Positions 25,348-33,259 of a stretch of DNA of 64,000 bases are shown here, one piece after another (within the stretch, counting starts at the first letter, position 1; the number at the start of each line of letters is the position of its first letter). The translations under genes were made by a program, and so were the position numbers. This DNA comes from Vicinamibacterales bacterium (GTDB taxonomy: Bacteria > Acidobacteriota > Vicinamibacteria > Vicinamibacterales > SCN-69-37). The notes under the pieces were generated by a model, which had not been told where the DNA came from, did not search any database, and saw only the letters and a program-made list of their open reading frames with translations. Where the stretch lies: contig JBKJHW010000046.1 in the NCBI GenBank assembly GCA_046598935.1, forward strand, positions 7,071 through 71,070, read 5' to 3'.

Positions 25348-25376
25348 ATTCTAGCCCGGCGATAATTTTCGTACAA
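25348..25376 (-). promoter_or_regulatory. sigma-70-type promoter TTGTAC-N17-TAGAAT giving a leaderless hup mRNA
   Basis: The minus strand reads TTGTACgaaaattatcgccgggcTAGAATacccggATG. The A of the ATG is the 7th nt after the -10 box. Confidence 0.65.
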
Positions 25377-25528
25377 CCATCCGCGCGCGGCTACTTGGCC
25401 AGGCACGTCCCCGGAACAGTGCGCACCGTCTTCACGTGCAGGTCGTACACCACCGCCGCCGGCGTCGTGACCTTTGATGTCTGAGCACCCTCGGCGGCTT
25501 TTGAGCACACGGTGCGCAGTGGCGCGCC

Positions 25529-26701
25529 CTATGAGCCGGATTTGGCGCGTTCGATCGCCTTCAGCAACATGTCGTCTCGGGCCGGGGCCGGCTCGCCAAA
25601 TTCGATCGCGGGCTCTTCGACGTTCACATCGGGCTTCACGCCGCGCTCGAGGATCGGCGTGGGCTCCGCGTTGATGCTGTAGTAACGGCGATACGTCATC
25701 CACAGACCGTGGTTTTCGGGAAGCCGAACGAGGCGCTGTTCGGCGGCGAGCCCGGCCGTGCGTTCGCCGACCAGTTCCGCGCGCTTGTTGCCCGACAGCG
25801 CCGCCGCAAACACTTCTGCGGGTCCGGCGGTGCCGAAATCCTGCAAAACGACCACGCGCATCTTCAACGCGGAGGCTCCCGACATCGAGCCGATGTTTTC
25901 CTTCGCCGTGGCGTCCCGCCCGGCGCGCGTTGCGACCGTGCCCATGCCGATAAATACCTGTGCCGCTTTGATCGCTTCCTCGTACGCGCCGTCGGCGACG
26001 CCGCGGATGTCGATCACGAGCGCCTTCGCGCCGGCCTTCTGCATCGCCTCGGCCTGGCTGCGAAGCGCAGTCGAGGTGGCGCCTGCCGTCGAGAACGTCT
26101 GGAGGCGCACGACGCCGACCTGGTCGCGGATCTCGGCCTTCACCGCATCGGTGAGCTTCTCGCGCACGAGCGAAACTTCGTGCGGCTCGGCCGCGTTCCC
26201 GCGAATGATCAGCACGCGAACGCTCGAGCCGACGGCGCCGCGCAGGAGCCGCGTGCCCGTAAACGCCGACATGTCGCGCGTCGGCGTGTTGTCGATCGCG
26301 CGCACGAAATCGCCGCTGCGGATGCCCGCGCGAGCCGCCGGCGAGCCGTCGCGAACGCCGAGCACGCGCAGGTAGAACTGCCGCGTCACCACGAGCCCCG
26401 TGTCGCCGTCGCCAAGCGGCGTCTTGTTGTCGATGAGCGCCACTTCCGCCGGCGGGAGATACGCGCTCGACGCGTCGAGGCCTTCCGCCAGCCCCCGCAT
26501 CGCGCCGTCAAACACCTTGTCCGGATCGACGTCCTCGACATACGCGCCGTTGACGAGCGACACGACATCTTCGAACACGCGAAGATGCTCGAACCCTTTT
26601 TGAGGAACCGCCGGCGACGCACCGATCAGGCCGCCGACCGCAGCCACGATGACGAGCGGGGTCGAGAGGGCGACAAGGAACCAGCGCGCTTTTGAGCTCA
26701 T
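25529..26701 (-). CDS. S41 (C-terminal processing peptidase) family homolog with a PDZ domain; catalytic residues apparently substituted
   Basis: Signal anchor MSSKARWFLVALSTPLVIV, a PDZ-like middle region and an S41 core. The GSASASE motif reads GTAGPAE, and TFGKG reads TAGLA. Confidence 0.7.
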   Translation of the reverse strand: MSSKARWFLVALSTPLVIVAAVGGLIGASPAVPQKGFEHLRVFEDVVSLVNGAYVEDVDPDKVFDGAMRGLAEGLDASSAYLPPAEVALIDNKTPLGDGDTGLVVTRQFYLRVLGVRDGSPAARAGIRSGDFVRAIDNTPTRDMSAFTGTRLLRGAVGSSVRVLIIRGNAAEPHEVSLVREKLTDAVKAEIRDQVGVVRLQTFSTAGATSTALRSQAEAMQKAGAKALVIDIRGVADGAYEEAIKAAQVFIGMGTVATRAGRDATAKENIGSMSGASALKMRVVVLQDFGTAGPAEVFAAALSGNKRAELVGERTAGLAAEQRLVRLPENHGLWMTYRRYYSINAEPTPILERGVKPDVNVEEPAIEFGEPAPARDDMLLKAIERAKSGS

Positions 26702-26714
26702 GCCTGCTCCGATT

Positions 26715-28823
26715 CTACTGTTTCCACAAGGGCTTGCCGTCGATCGTCTTCGGAATCGGGACGCCGAAGTGCTGAAGGACAGTCGGGGCAATATCAATGA
26801 TGTTGGGCGTGCTGGTTAGAATCGGGCGATTTGTGATCAAGACACCGGCTGTCGTGGCGAAGTCATACCCGCCGTGGTCGCCCGACCACTTCTGGGTGTT
26901 GTTGTAGACGATCCCCTTTGGCGTGCCGCCCTGGGCGGTCTGCCACGACACGCGGTAGCCGTCCTCGAATCCCAACTGCAGGTCCGGCGCGTTGCCGATG
27001 TACTCGCCCGCATAGATATCGTCTCGCTTGTAGACGTTGCGGACGATGTGCTGCCTGGTGTCCGGATCGATAAGCCCGGCCTTCAGCGTGTTGACCATTT
27101 CATCGGCCAGCGCGACGTATTCGGCGCCGGGACTGACGATGCCCTCGCCCTCGCGCCCGCGCACGTTGAAATAGATCTGGCCGAGGCCCATCGCGTACGC
27201 GCGCGTCTTCGACCAGTCGACATTCTCCCAGAACGTGCCGCCGCCGAACAGGTCATCGAGCTTTCTGTCGCGCGATTCACCCTGGCCCTTGAGGACCATG
27301 TAGCCCTGCTCGACGAGCCAGGTGTTCACATTCACGGCCTTGTTCCAGGAATGAAAGCCGTGGTCCGAGACGATCATGATTTCGGTGTCGGGGTCGAGAT
27401 GCTCTCGGACCTCGGCGATGAAGTTGTCGGCGCGCCGATAAATTCTCAGGATCGAATCGCCATACTTCGCCGCGTCGGCGGCGTTGTAGAGCGGCGACGT
27501 CGTGTCGCGGTAGCGCCACATCATGTGCTGCACGCGATCGGTGGACTCGATCACGCCAACGAGCACGTCCCAGTTGCCTGCGGTGAGCCGGTTGAGAATG
27601 ACCTGCGCGCGGTCGTCGAATGCCTTGTAGAGGTCGTCCATGAACGTCTTCTCGTCCATGCGCCCTTCGTTGAGCGGCCACGTGGCTTCGGCCCAGCCAA
27701 GCGTGCGGAACGGGCCGATCTTCTTGTAAATCTTCTCGGCGAAGTCTTCGGGGTACGAGATCGGCGTCGGCGCGGCGTCCGGCCGGAAGTTCACCGGCGA
27801 CACATACAGCTGGAGTTCGTTGCCCGCGTTCATGACGAGCAGCTGCACCATGCCGTGCACCCGCATCATGAAGTTGATGTCGAACCGCACGTTGACCCAC
27901 TGGCTCCACTCCCCGGCCTTGAGCGTCATCTTCTCGCCGTTGAGATTGATGAGCGCCTGGTTCGTGCCGCGCGTCCACGTGATCGCGAGCGGCAGCGACG
28001 TGTGCTCCCTGGCTTTCAGCTCGCCGATGGCCGTGCGGTCCGCGTCCGAGAGCGAACTGCCTTTGTCATAGAGCGCGTCGATCTTTTTCTTGATGAGCGG
28101 ATTCGGCGGGCCCTGCAGCTCGGTCTTCGCCGTTGTGCCGTCGAACGACAGACGCTTCAGAATGCCGCCGAATTCCGTGTCGCCTTCTTCGTAGCGGCTG
28201 AGGTCGGTCGCGAAGTAATAAAAGGTGCCCATCGTGCCGCGAATGTCCGGCAGTGGGAGGCCTGACAACAGCTCGCCATTCGGCACCGTCTCCGGCGGAA
28301 AGGTCACCGGCACTGTGAGTATGCTCGCCGGCACTCCAGCCTTGCCCGCCGTGACCCAGAAACTCTCGCCGCCGCGGATCGACTCGACGCGCGGTCGCGC
28401 CACGGGAATGCCGTCGAGCCACGAGCTGCCGGGCAGGCTGCGGATAAATCGCACCTCAGCGAGCGATCGCGCGGGGATGCGGCGCACCATGCCGAGATCG
28501 AGCACGTAGTTCGATGTGTCGCGAATCAGAAAATCGTAGATGTTGTGTTTGCCCGGGTTGACGCCAGTGGCAAACGAGGCCCACGCTGTCGGCGACTCGG
28601 CCGACACCGTCGTCCCGAGATCATAGAGCCCGCCGCGCTCGGCGAGCTTCTTCATGTTGGGCAACTGGCCTTGCGCCATGAACTCGCGGACCAGATCCGG
28701 GTCCATGCCGTCGAATCCGAGAATAACGAGCTTGTTCTTACCCGTGTGCGCGGGAACTTTGTTCCCGCCGCATGCGGCCAGCGCCGCGGCTGCCAGCGCG
28801 ATGAAAACGAACGCCCTTTTCAT
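26715..28823 (-). CDS. alkaline-phosphatase-superfamily protein (type I phosphodiesterase/nucleotide pyrophosphatase family), lipoprotein
   Basis: Signal MKRAFVFIALAAAALAACGG. Contains ILGFDGMDPDL, ESPTAWASFATGVNPGKHNIYDF and VSDHGFHSW. The ATG at 28823 is preferred; the track N-extension runs through the family-A repeat. Confidence 0.75.
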   Translation of the reverse strand: MKRAFVFIALAAAALAACGGNKVPAHTGKNKLVILGFDGMDPDLVREFMAQGQLPNMKKLAERGGLYDLGTTVSAESPTAWASFATGVNPGKHNIYDFLIRDTSNYVLDLGMVRRIPARSLAEVRFIRSLPGSSWLDGIPVARPRVESIRGGESFWVTAGKAGVPASILTVPVTFPPETVPNGELLSGLPLPDIRGTMGTFYYFATDLSRYEEGDTEFGGILKRLSFDGTTAKTELQGPPNPLIKKKIDALYDKGSSLSDADRTAIGELKAREHTSLPLAITWTRGTNQALINLNGEKMTLKAGEWSQWVNVRFDINFMMRVHGMVQLLVMNAGNELQLYVSPVNFRPDAAPTPISYPEDFAEKIYKKIGPFRTLGWAEATWPLNEGRMDEKTFMDDLYKAFDDRAQVILNRLTAGNWDVLVGVIESTDRVQHMMWRYRDTTSPLYNAADAAKYGDSILRIYRRADNFIAEVREHLDPDTEIMIVSDHGFHSWNKAVNVNTWLVEQGYMVLKGQGESRDRKLDDLFGGGTFWENVDWSKTRAYAMGLGQIYFNVRGREGEGIVSPGAEYVALADEMVNTLKAGLIDPDTRQHIVRNVYKRDDIYAGEYIGNAPDLQLGFEDGYRVSWQTAQGGTPKGIVYNNTQKWSGDHGGYDFATTAGVLITNRPILTSTPNIIDIAPTVLQHFGVPIPKTIDGKPLWKQ

Positions 28824-28828
28824 GGAGG

Positions 28829-28898
28829 AAGAATAAACGACATCGGGTGTCGTTTTCGCCCGCATTCCTCGAAAACGACACCCGATGTCGTTTATTCT
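28829..28898. repeat. family-A composite palindromic element
   Basis: The sequence is AAGAATAAACGACATCGGGTGTCGTTTTC..N13..GAAAACGACACCCGATGTCGTTTATTCTT. The outer 14-bp arms are perfect. It lies in the divergent region between the phosphodiesterase gene and ruvX. Confidence 0.85.
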
Positions 28899-28905
28899 TT
28901 TCGCT

Positions 28906-29343
28906 GTGAGATTTGTCGGCATTGATTACGGCAATCGGCGTGTCGGGCTCGCGATTTCGGACGCGACCGCCATGCTCGCGCGGCCCTGGCAGGTCGTCAC
29001 AACCGACGAGCCCGACCCTGCGAATTCCGCCGCGATGATCGCCGACCTGATGCCGCGCCTTGTGATCGACGATGACGGCCTCGACGGGATCGTCGTCGGG
29101 CTGCCGCGCCGGCTGGACGGCAGCGACAACGCGCAGACGCCGAACGCGCGGCTCTTTGGCGAGGCGTTGGAAGTCATCACGGGGATTCCGGTGACGTTTC
29201 AGGACGAGCGGCTCACGAGCGTCGAGGCCGAGGCGCAGCTGGCCACGCGCGAGAAGGACTGGAAGAAGCGCAAGCTGCAGATCGACGCGGTCGCCGCGGC
29301 CATCATGCTGCAGGATTTTCTCGACGCGCGAGTCCGCGGCTGA
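28906..29343 (+). CDS. ruvX: Holliday junction resolvase-like protein RuvX (YqgF)
   Basis: Sequence VRFVGIDYGNRRVGLAISD... matches YqgF. The GTG at 28906 is preferred because the ATG at 28885 lies inside the repeat. Confidence 0.8.
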   Translation: MRFVGIDYGNRRVGLAISDATAMLARPWQVVTTDEPDPANSAAMIADLMPRLVIDDDGLDGIVVGLPRRLDGSDNAQTPNARLFGEALEVITGIPVTFQDERLTSVEAEAQLATREKDWKKRKLQIDAVAAAIMLQDFLDARVRG

Positions 29344-30344
29344 TGCTGCGCAGACTCACACTGCTCGCCGTCGTGCTGTGTGTGTGCGGCGCCGGCGGCG
29401 CGTGGTGGGCGTGGAGTCAGTTCGACACGCCGTACCGCGGTTATTCCGATCCTGAAGTGTTTGTCGACCTGCCCACGGGCTCGTCAACGGCGGATATCGC
29501 CGGACGGCTTTCGGCGATGGGCGTCGTTCGCGATCCGCTGATGTTCCGGCTCGCGGTTCGGGCGGCGAAGGCCGACCGGCACTTACAGGCCGGCGAGTAC
29601 CGCTTCTTCGACGCGTCGTCGCCGAATCAAATCATCTCGCGGCTTCGTCGGGGCGACACGTTCAGCCACACCGTCACATTCCCGGAGGGTCTGACGATTC
29701 GCGAGATGGGCGCGATTTTTGAGCGCGAAGGGCTCGGCACCGCGCAGGAGTTCATACGCGCGGCGGCGGATCGAGCGTTGATCGCCGATCTGGATCCGGC
29801 CGCGAAGAACCTCGAAGGCTTTCTTTTTCCGAGCACATATTCGCTGCCGCGCCGCGCAGGCGCCGCCGGCTTCGTGCGCGCGATGGTCAAGGAATTCAGA
29901 AACAATATTTCGGCCGAGCCTCTGCCCGACGGCATCGCATCGTTGCGCGATCTCGTCACGCTCGCGTCGATCATCGAGAAGGAAACTGGAAACTCCGCGG
30001 AACGCGCGACCGTTGCCGCCGTGTACCACAATCGCCTGAGGATCGGCATGCCGCTGCAGTGCGATCCGACGGTGATCTACGCGATGATGCTGCGCGGGCG
30101 CTGGGACGGCAATATCCGCAAGCGCGATCTGCAGATCGATTCGCCGTACAACACCTACAGGTACCCGGGGCTGCCGCCGGGCCCGATCGCCTCACCGGGC
30201 CGCGCGACGCTCGATGCCGCGCGACGTCCGGCCGACGTGAACTATCTCTATTTCGTCAGCCGCAACGACGGCACGCATGTGTTCGCGCGGACGCTCGACG
30301 AACACAATCGAAACGTCCGCGCTTTCCAGAGATTAAGGAATTAA
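29343..30344 (+). CDS. mltG: endolytic murein transglycosylase MltG (YceG-like)
   Basis: Contains a transmembrane anchor, TFPEGLTIREM, ASIIEKETG and QCDPTVIY...YNTYRYPGLPPGPIASPG. Confidence 0.85.
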   Translation: MLRRLTLLAVVLCVCGAGGAWWAWSQFDTPYRGYSDPEVFVDLPTGSSTADIAGRLSAMGVVRDPLMFRLAVRAAKADRHLQAGEYRFFDASSPNQIISRLRRGDTFSHTVTFPEGLTIREMGAIFEREGLGTAQEFIRAAADRALIADLDPAAKNLEGFLFPSTYSLPRRAGAAGFVRAMVKEFRNNISAEPLPDGIASLRDLVTLASIIEKETGNSAERATVAAVYHNRLRIGMPLQCDPTVIYAMMLRGRWDGNIRKRDLQIDSPYNTYRYPGLPPGPIASPGRATLDAARRPADVNYLYFVSRNDGTHVFARTLDEHNRNVRAFQRLRN

Positions 30345-30383
30345 AGTCGGGAGTTAATTTGTAATTAACTCCCGACTTTAATT
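30339..30383. repeat. family-B palindromic element (perfect 21-bp arms)
   Basis: The sequence is AATTAAAGTCGGGAGTTAATT-tgt-AATTAACTCCCGACTTTAATT. It begins at the mltG stop codon. Confidence 0.9.
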
Positions 30384-30452
30384 GTTTCCAGTACGCTCGC
30401 CGCGCCAGCCGGATGGCTGGAAAAGACCAAGAAAGAGCAATTAGCGGCAATT

Positions 30453-30489
30453 AATGTCGGGAGTTAATTGGCAATCAACTCCCGACTTT
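30453..30489. repeat. family-B palindromic element (18-bp arms, 2 mismatches)
   Basis: The sequence is AATGTCGGGAGTTAATTG-g-CAATCAACTCCCGACTTT, about 22 nt beyond the nadK stop. Confidence 0.85.
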
Positions 30490-30511
30490 CTCTTCCTGGG
30501 TTAACCGGCGG

Positions 30512-31333
30512 CTAGCCCCAGTGCAGCTTTTCGCGAAGCATGTCGAAGTGGCTCCGGGCCGACACCCGCACGAGCCTGAGCGCGCGCGGCGCCCGCGCCA
30601 CCGTCACGACGTCCCCGTCCTCGAGCTCGACGCCGAACTGGCCGTCGAAGGTCGCGACGATGTCGGACTGCGGATCGATCTCCGGCGTGAGCGAAACCGT
30701 CGCCGTCGCCGGCAGCACGACCGGCCGATGACTGAGCGCGTGCGGAGCGATCGGCGTCAGCAACATCGCGTCCACCGTCGGCATCACGATCGGGCCGCCG
30801 GCCGAGAGGTTGTACGCTGTCGAGCCGGTCGCCGTGGCGATGATCACGCCGTCCGCTTTGATGTGCGTCACCGGCTGCGCGTCCACCGCGACGTCCACTT
30901 CGATCATGCGCGACAGTTTGCCGCGCGTGACGACGATGTCGTTGAGAGCGAGACGGTCGGCGATCGCGCGTCCGCCGCGAATCACCTTGCCCTGAAGCAT
31001 CAGCCGCTCTTCGGTGCGCGACTTGCCGTCGAGCACCGCTTCGAGGGCGCCGAGCATGTCGGCCCTGCCGACTTCGGTGAGAAAACCGAGCCGGCCGAGG
31101 TTCACGCCGAGCACGGGAATGTCGAGGCCGGCGGCGGCGATCGACTGCGCGGCGCCGAGCAGCGTGCCGTCGCCGCCGAACGCGACGATCAGCTCGAGAT
31201 CGGGCGTGAGCGTGCTGGTGCGTTCAAGCAACTCGACCGGGCGGCCGCGCTTCGTCAGCCACAATGCGGCTTCGCGCTGCGCGTCGGCAGCGTCTTGTGA
31301 TTCTTCGCGAGCGATCAGGCCAATGCCAGGCAC
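30512..31333 (-). CDS. nadK: NAD(+) kinase
   Basis: Contains GGDGTLLGAA, NLGRLGFLTE and TGSTAYNLSAGGPIV. Confidence 0.85.
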   Translation of the reverse strand: MPGIGLIAREESQDAADAQREAALWLTKRGRPVELLERTSTLTPDLELIVAFGGDGTLLGAAQSIAAAGLDIPVLGVNLGRLGFLTEVGRADMLGALEAVLDGKSRTEERLMLQGKVIRGGRAIADRLALNDIVVTRGKLSRMIEVDVAVDAQPVTHIKADGVIIATATGSTAYNLSAGGPIVMPTVDAMLLTPIAPHALSHRPVVLPATATVSLTPEIDPQSDIVATFDGQFGVELEDGDVVTVARAPRALRLVRVSARSHFDMLREKLHWG

Positions 31334-32067
31334 AGTAGGAATTCCTTGTTGCCCTCGGCGCCTTCGATCGGCGAGGGCGCCAGGCCAACGCGTTTCAATC
31401 CTACCGCAGCGGCCGCGCGCGTCACGTCCTCAACGACACGCGTGTGCACAGCCGGATCCCGCACGATCCCGCCCTTGCCGACGTCGTCTCTGCCGGCCTC
31501 GAACTGCGGCTTGACCAGCGCGACCACCCGGCCTCCGGGCGCCAGCAGCGCCGGCACGACCGGAAGAATGTGGGCGAGCGAGATGAACGACACGTCGATC
31601 GTCACGATGTTGAACTCGCGCGCGTCGTCCGGCAGCTGCGCGGGCCCGAGGTAGCGCGCGTTGACGTGCTCGAGCACGATGACGCGCGCATCGGTGCGCA
31701 GCTTCCAGTCGATCTGGTTGTGGCCGACGTCGAGCGCGACGACCCGCGACGCGCCGTGATGGAGGAGCACATCGGTGAAGCCGCCGGTCGAGGCGCCGAT
31801 ATCGAGCGCCACGGCGCCCGTCACATCGACGCCGAACGTCTCGAGCGCGTGCGCGAGCTTCAAGCCGCCGCGGCTGACCCATGGGTGATCCGGCGCCTTG
31901 AGCTGAATCTCATCGGCATCATCAACGGGCGTGCCGGCTTTCGAGGACGGCTTACCGTTGACGGTGACTTGATTCGCGAGAATCAATGCCTGCGCGCGCT
32001 CGCGCGACATGGCCAGACCGCGAGCGACAAGCGCGACGTCGAGACGGTTACGTGCCAAGAGCTTCAA
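31315..32067 (-). CDS. tlyA: TlyA family rRNA (cytidine-2'-O)-methyltransferase
   Basis: Contains an S4-like N-terminus (RLDVALVARGLAMSRERAQALI), VSRGGLKL and DIGASTGGFTDVLL. Confidence 0.8.
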   Translation of the reverse strand: MKLLARNRLDVALVARGLAMSRERAQALILANQVTVNGKPSSKAGTPVDDADEIQLKAPDHPWVSRGGLKLAHALETFGVDVTGAVALDIGASTGGFTDVLLHHGASRVVALDVGHNQIDWKLRTDARVIVLEHVNARYLGPAQLPDDAREFNIVTIDVSFISLAHILPVVPALLAPGGRVVALVKPQFEAGRDDVGKGGIVRDPAVHTRVVEDVTRAAAAVGLKRVGLAPSPIEGAEGNKEFLLCLALA

Positions 32068-32105
32068 CCTTGGAGGGCCATGGAGGGCCGTGGAGACTCA
32101 AGTGA

Positions 32106-33017
32106 TTAGCTCTTGCGTGCAATCGTCCACTCGGCGATCTCCGGCAAGCGCCCGTCGAGTTTGGCTTCAGCCAGGATCTGTTTCGCGCGATCGATGCATG
32201 CGACGGCCTGTCCGCGGGCACCGTCGACGCCGAAGCGCGACACGAACGTCGGCTTGTCGCCGGCCGCGTCTTTCCCGGCCGTCTTGCCGAGGTCTTCGCT
32301 CGACCCTTCGACGTCGAGCACGTCATCCATGATCTGAAATGCGAGGCCGACATTGGTCGCGTAGCGGACAACAGCTTTCTCGGTGGCCTCGTCTCCGCCT
32401 GAGAGAATTGCGCCGATCTGCGCGGCTGCGCGGATGAGCGCGGCGGTTTTACGGTCGTGCATGAGGTTGAGTTCTTTGTCGGTCAGCGGCGTGGCCGGGA
32501 AACTCGGCACGCGGCCCGCAGCCACCAGATCGACCGCCTGCCCGCCGACCATGCCGTCGGCGCCCGCGGCATGCGCGAGTACGCGCGTGGCTCTAAGCGC
32601 GGCTTCGGCCGGCTGCGCCGAAGCGATCAGGAAAAACGCCTGCGTGAGAAGGCCGTCGCCGGCCAGCACGGCAAGGCCGTCGCCATGGATGACATGCGTC
32701 GTCGGCCGGCCGCGGCGAAGGATGTCGTCGTCCATCGCCGGCAGGTCGTCGTGCACGAGTGAATAGGTGTGGACGTATTCGAGCGCGCACGCGCCAGGCA
32801 GCGTATTGGTGATCGCGTCGTCGAGCGAGCCGCCGTCGCGGGCGGTGACGGCTTCAGCGGTTGCCAGCGCGAGCACGGGGCGGAATCGCTTGCCGCCCGC
32901 CAGCAGGGCGTACTTCATGGCGGCGATGATCGGGAGCGGCGCGCTTTCGGGGAGCCGCTGCTCGAGTGTCGCGTTGACGCTGGTGCGCAACGCATCCAGT
33001 GTCCGGAACATCGTCAC
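32106..33017 (-). CDS. ispA: polyprenyl (farnesyl/geranyl) diphosphate synthase
   Basis: Asp-rich motifs LVHDDLPAMDDD and FQIMDDVLD are present. Confidence 0.85.
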   Translation of the reverse strand: MTMFRTLDALRTSVNATLEQRLPESAPLPIIAAMKYALLAGGKRFRPVLALATAEAVTARDGGSLDDAITNTLPGACALEYVHTYSLVHDDLPAMDDDILRRGRPTTHVIHGDGLAVLAGDGLLTQAFFLIASAQPAEAALRATRVLAHAAGADGMVGGQAVDLVAAGRVPSFPATPLTDKELNLMHDRKTAALIRAAAQIGAILSGGDEATEKAVVRYATNVGLAFQIMDDVLDVEGSSEDLGKTAGKDAAGDKPTFVSRFGVDGARGQAVACIDRAKQILAEAKLDGRLPEIAEWTIARKS

Positions 33018-33259
33018 TCTTTGTCGGCGAGCGTGGCGGCGTTCTTGAGCTCGCCGCGGTCGGTCAGCACTTCGATGCGGCGCTGCGCCTCGCCGAGTTG
33101 CGCGTGGCAGAAGCGGGATAGCTCGACGCCGCGCTCGAAGAGGGCGAGGGATTTGTCGAGCGCGAGGTCGCCGTCCTCGAGCTGTTTGACGATTTTCTCC
33201 AGCTCGGCGATTGCGCTTTCGAAATCCTTGATTCTGGGTGGTGTTGGGGTCTCAGCCAT
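33014..33259 (-). CDS. xseB: exodeoxyribonuclease VII small subunit
   Basis: Contains FESAIAELEKIVKQLEDGDLALDKSLALFERGVELSRFC. Confidence 0.85.
   Translation of the reverse strand: MAETPTPPRIKDFESAIAELEKIVKQLEDGDLALDKSLALFERGVELSRFCHAQLGEAQRRIEVLTDRGELKNAATLADKE

Noticed and set aside
28824-28830. CCTCC (anti-Shine-Dalgarno-like) sequences directly upstream of three starts: 28823, 58553 and thiL at 16864.
   Set aside because: CCTCC is expected by chance a few times in the upstream windows of about 70 genes in GC-rich DNA. Three cases is not clearly above expectation without a genome-wide count.
30339-30489. Possible CRISPR array, considered because short repeats recur at 30339/30453, 20922/28829 and 24645..24819.
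   Set aside because: The repeats are inverted pairs (palindromes), not direct repeats separated by unique spacers of constant length. There are only two units per locus and no cas genes.
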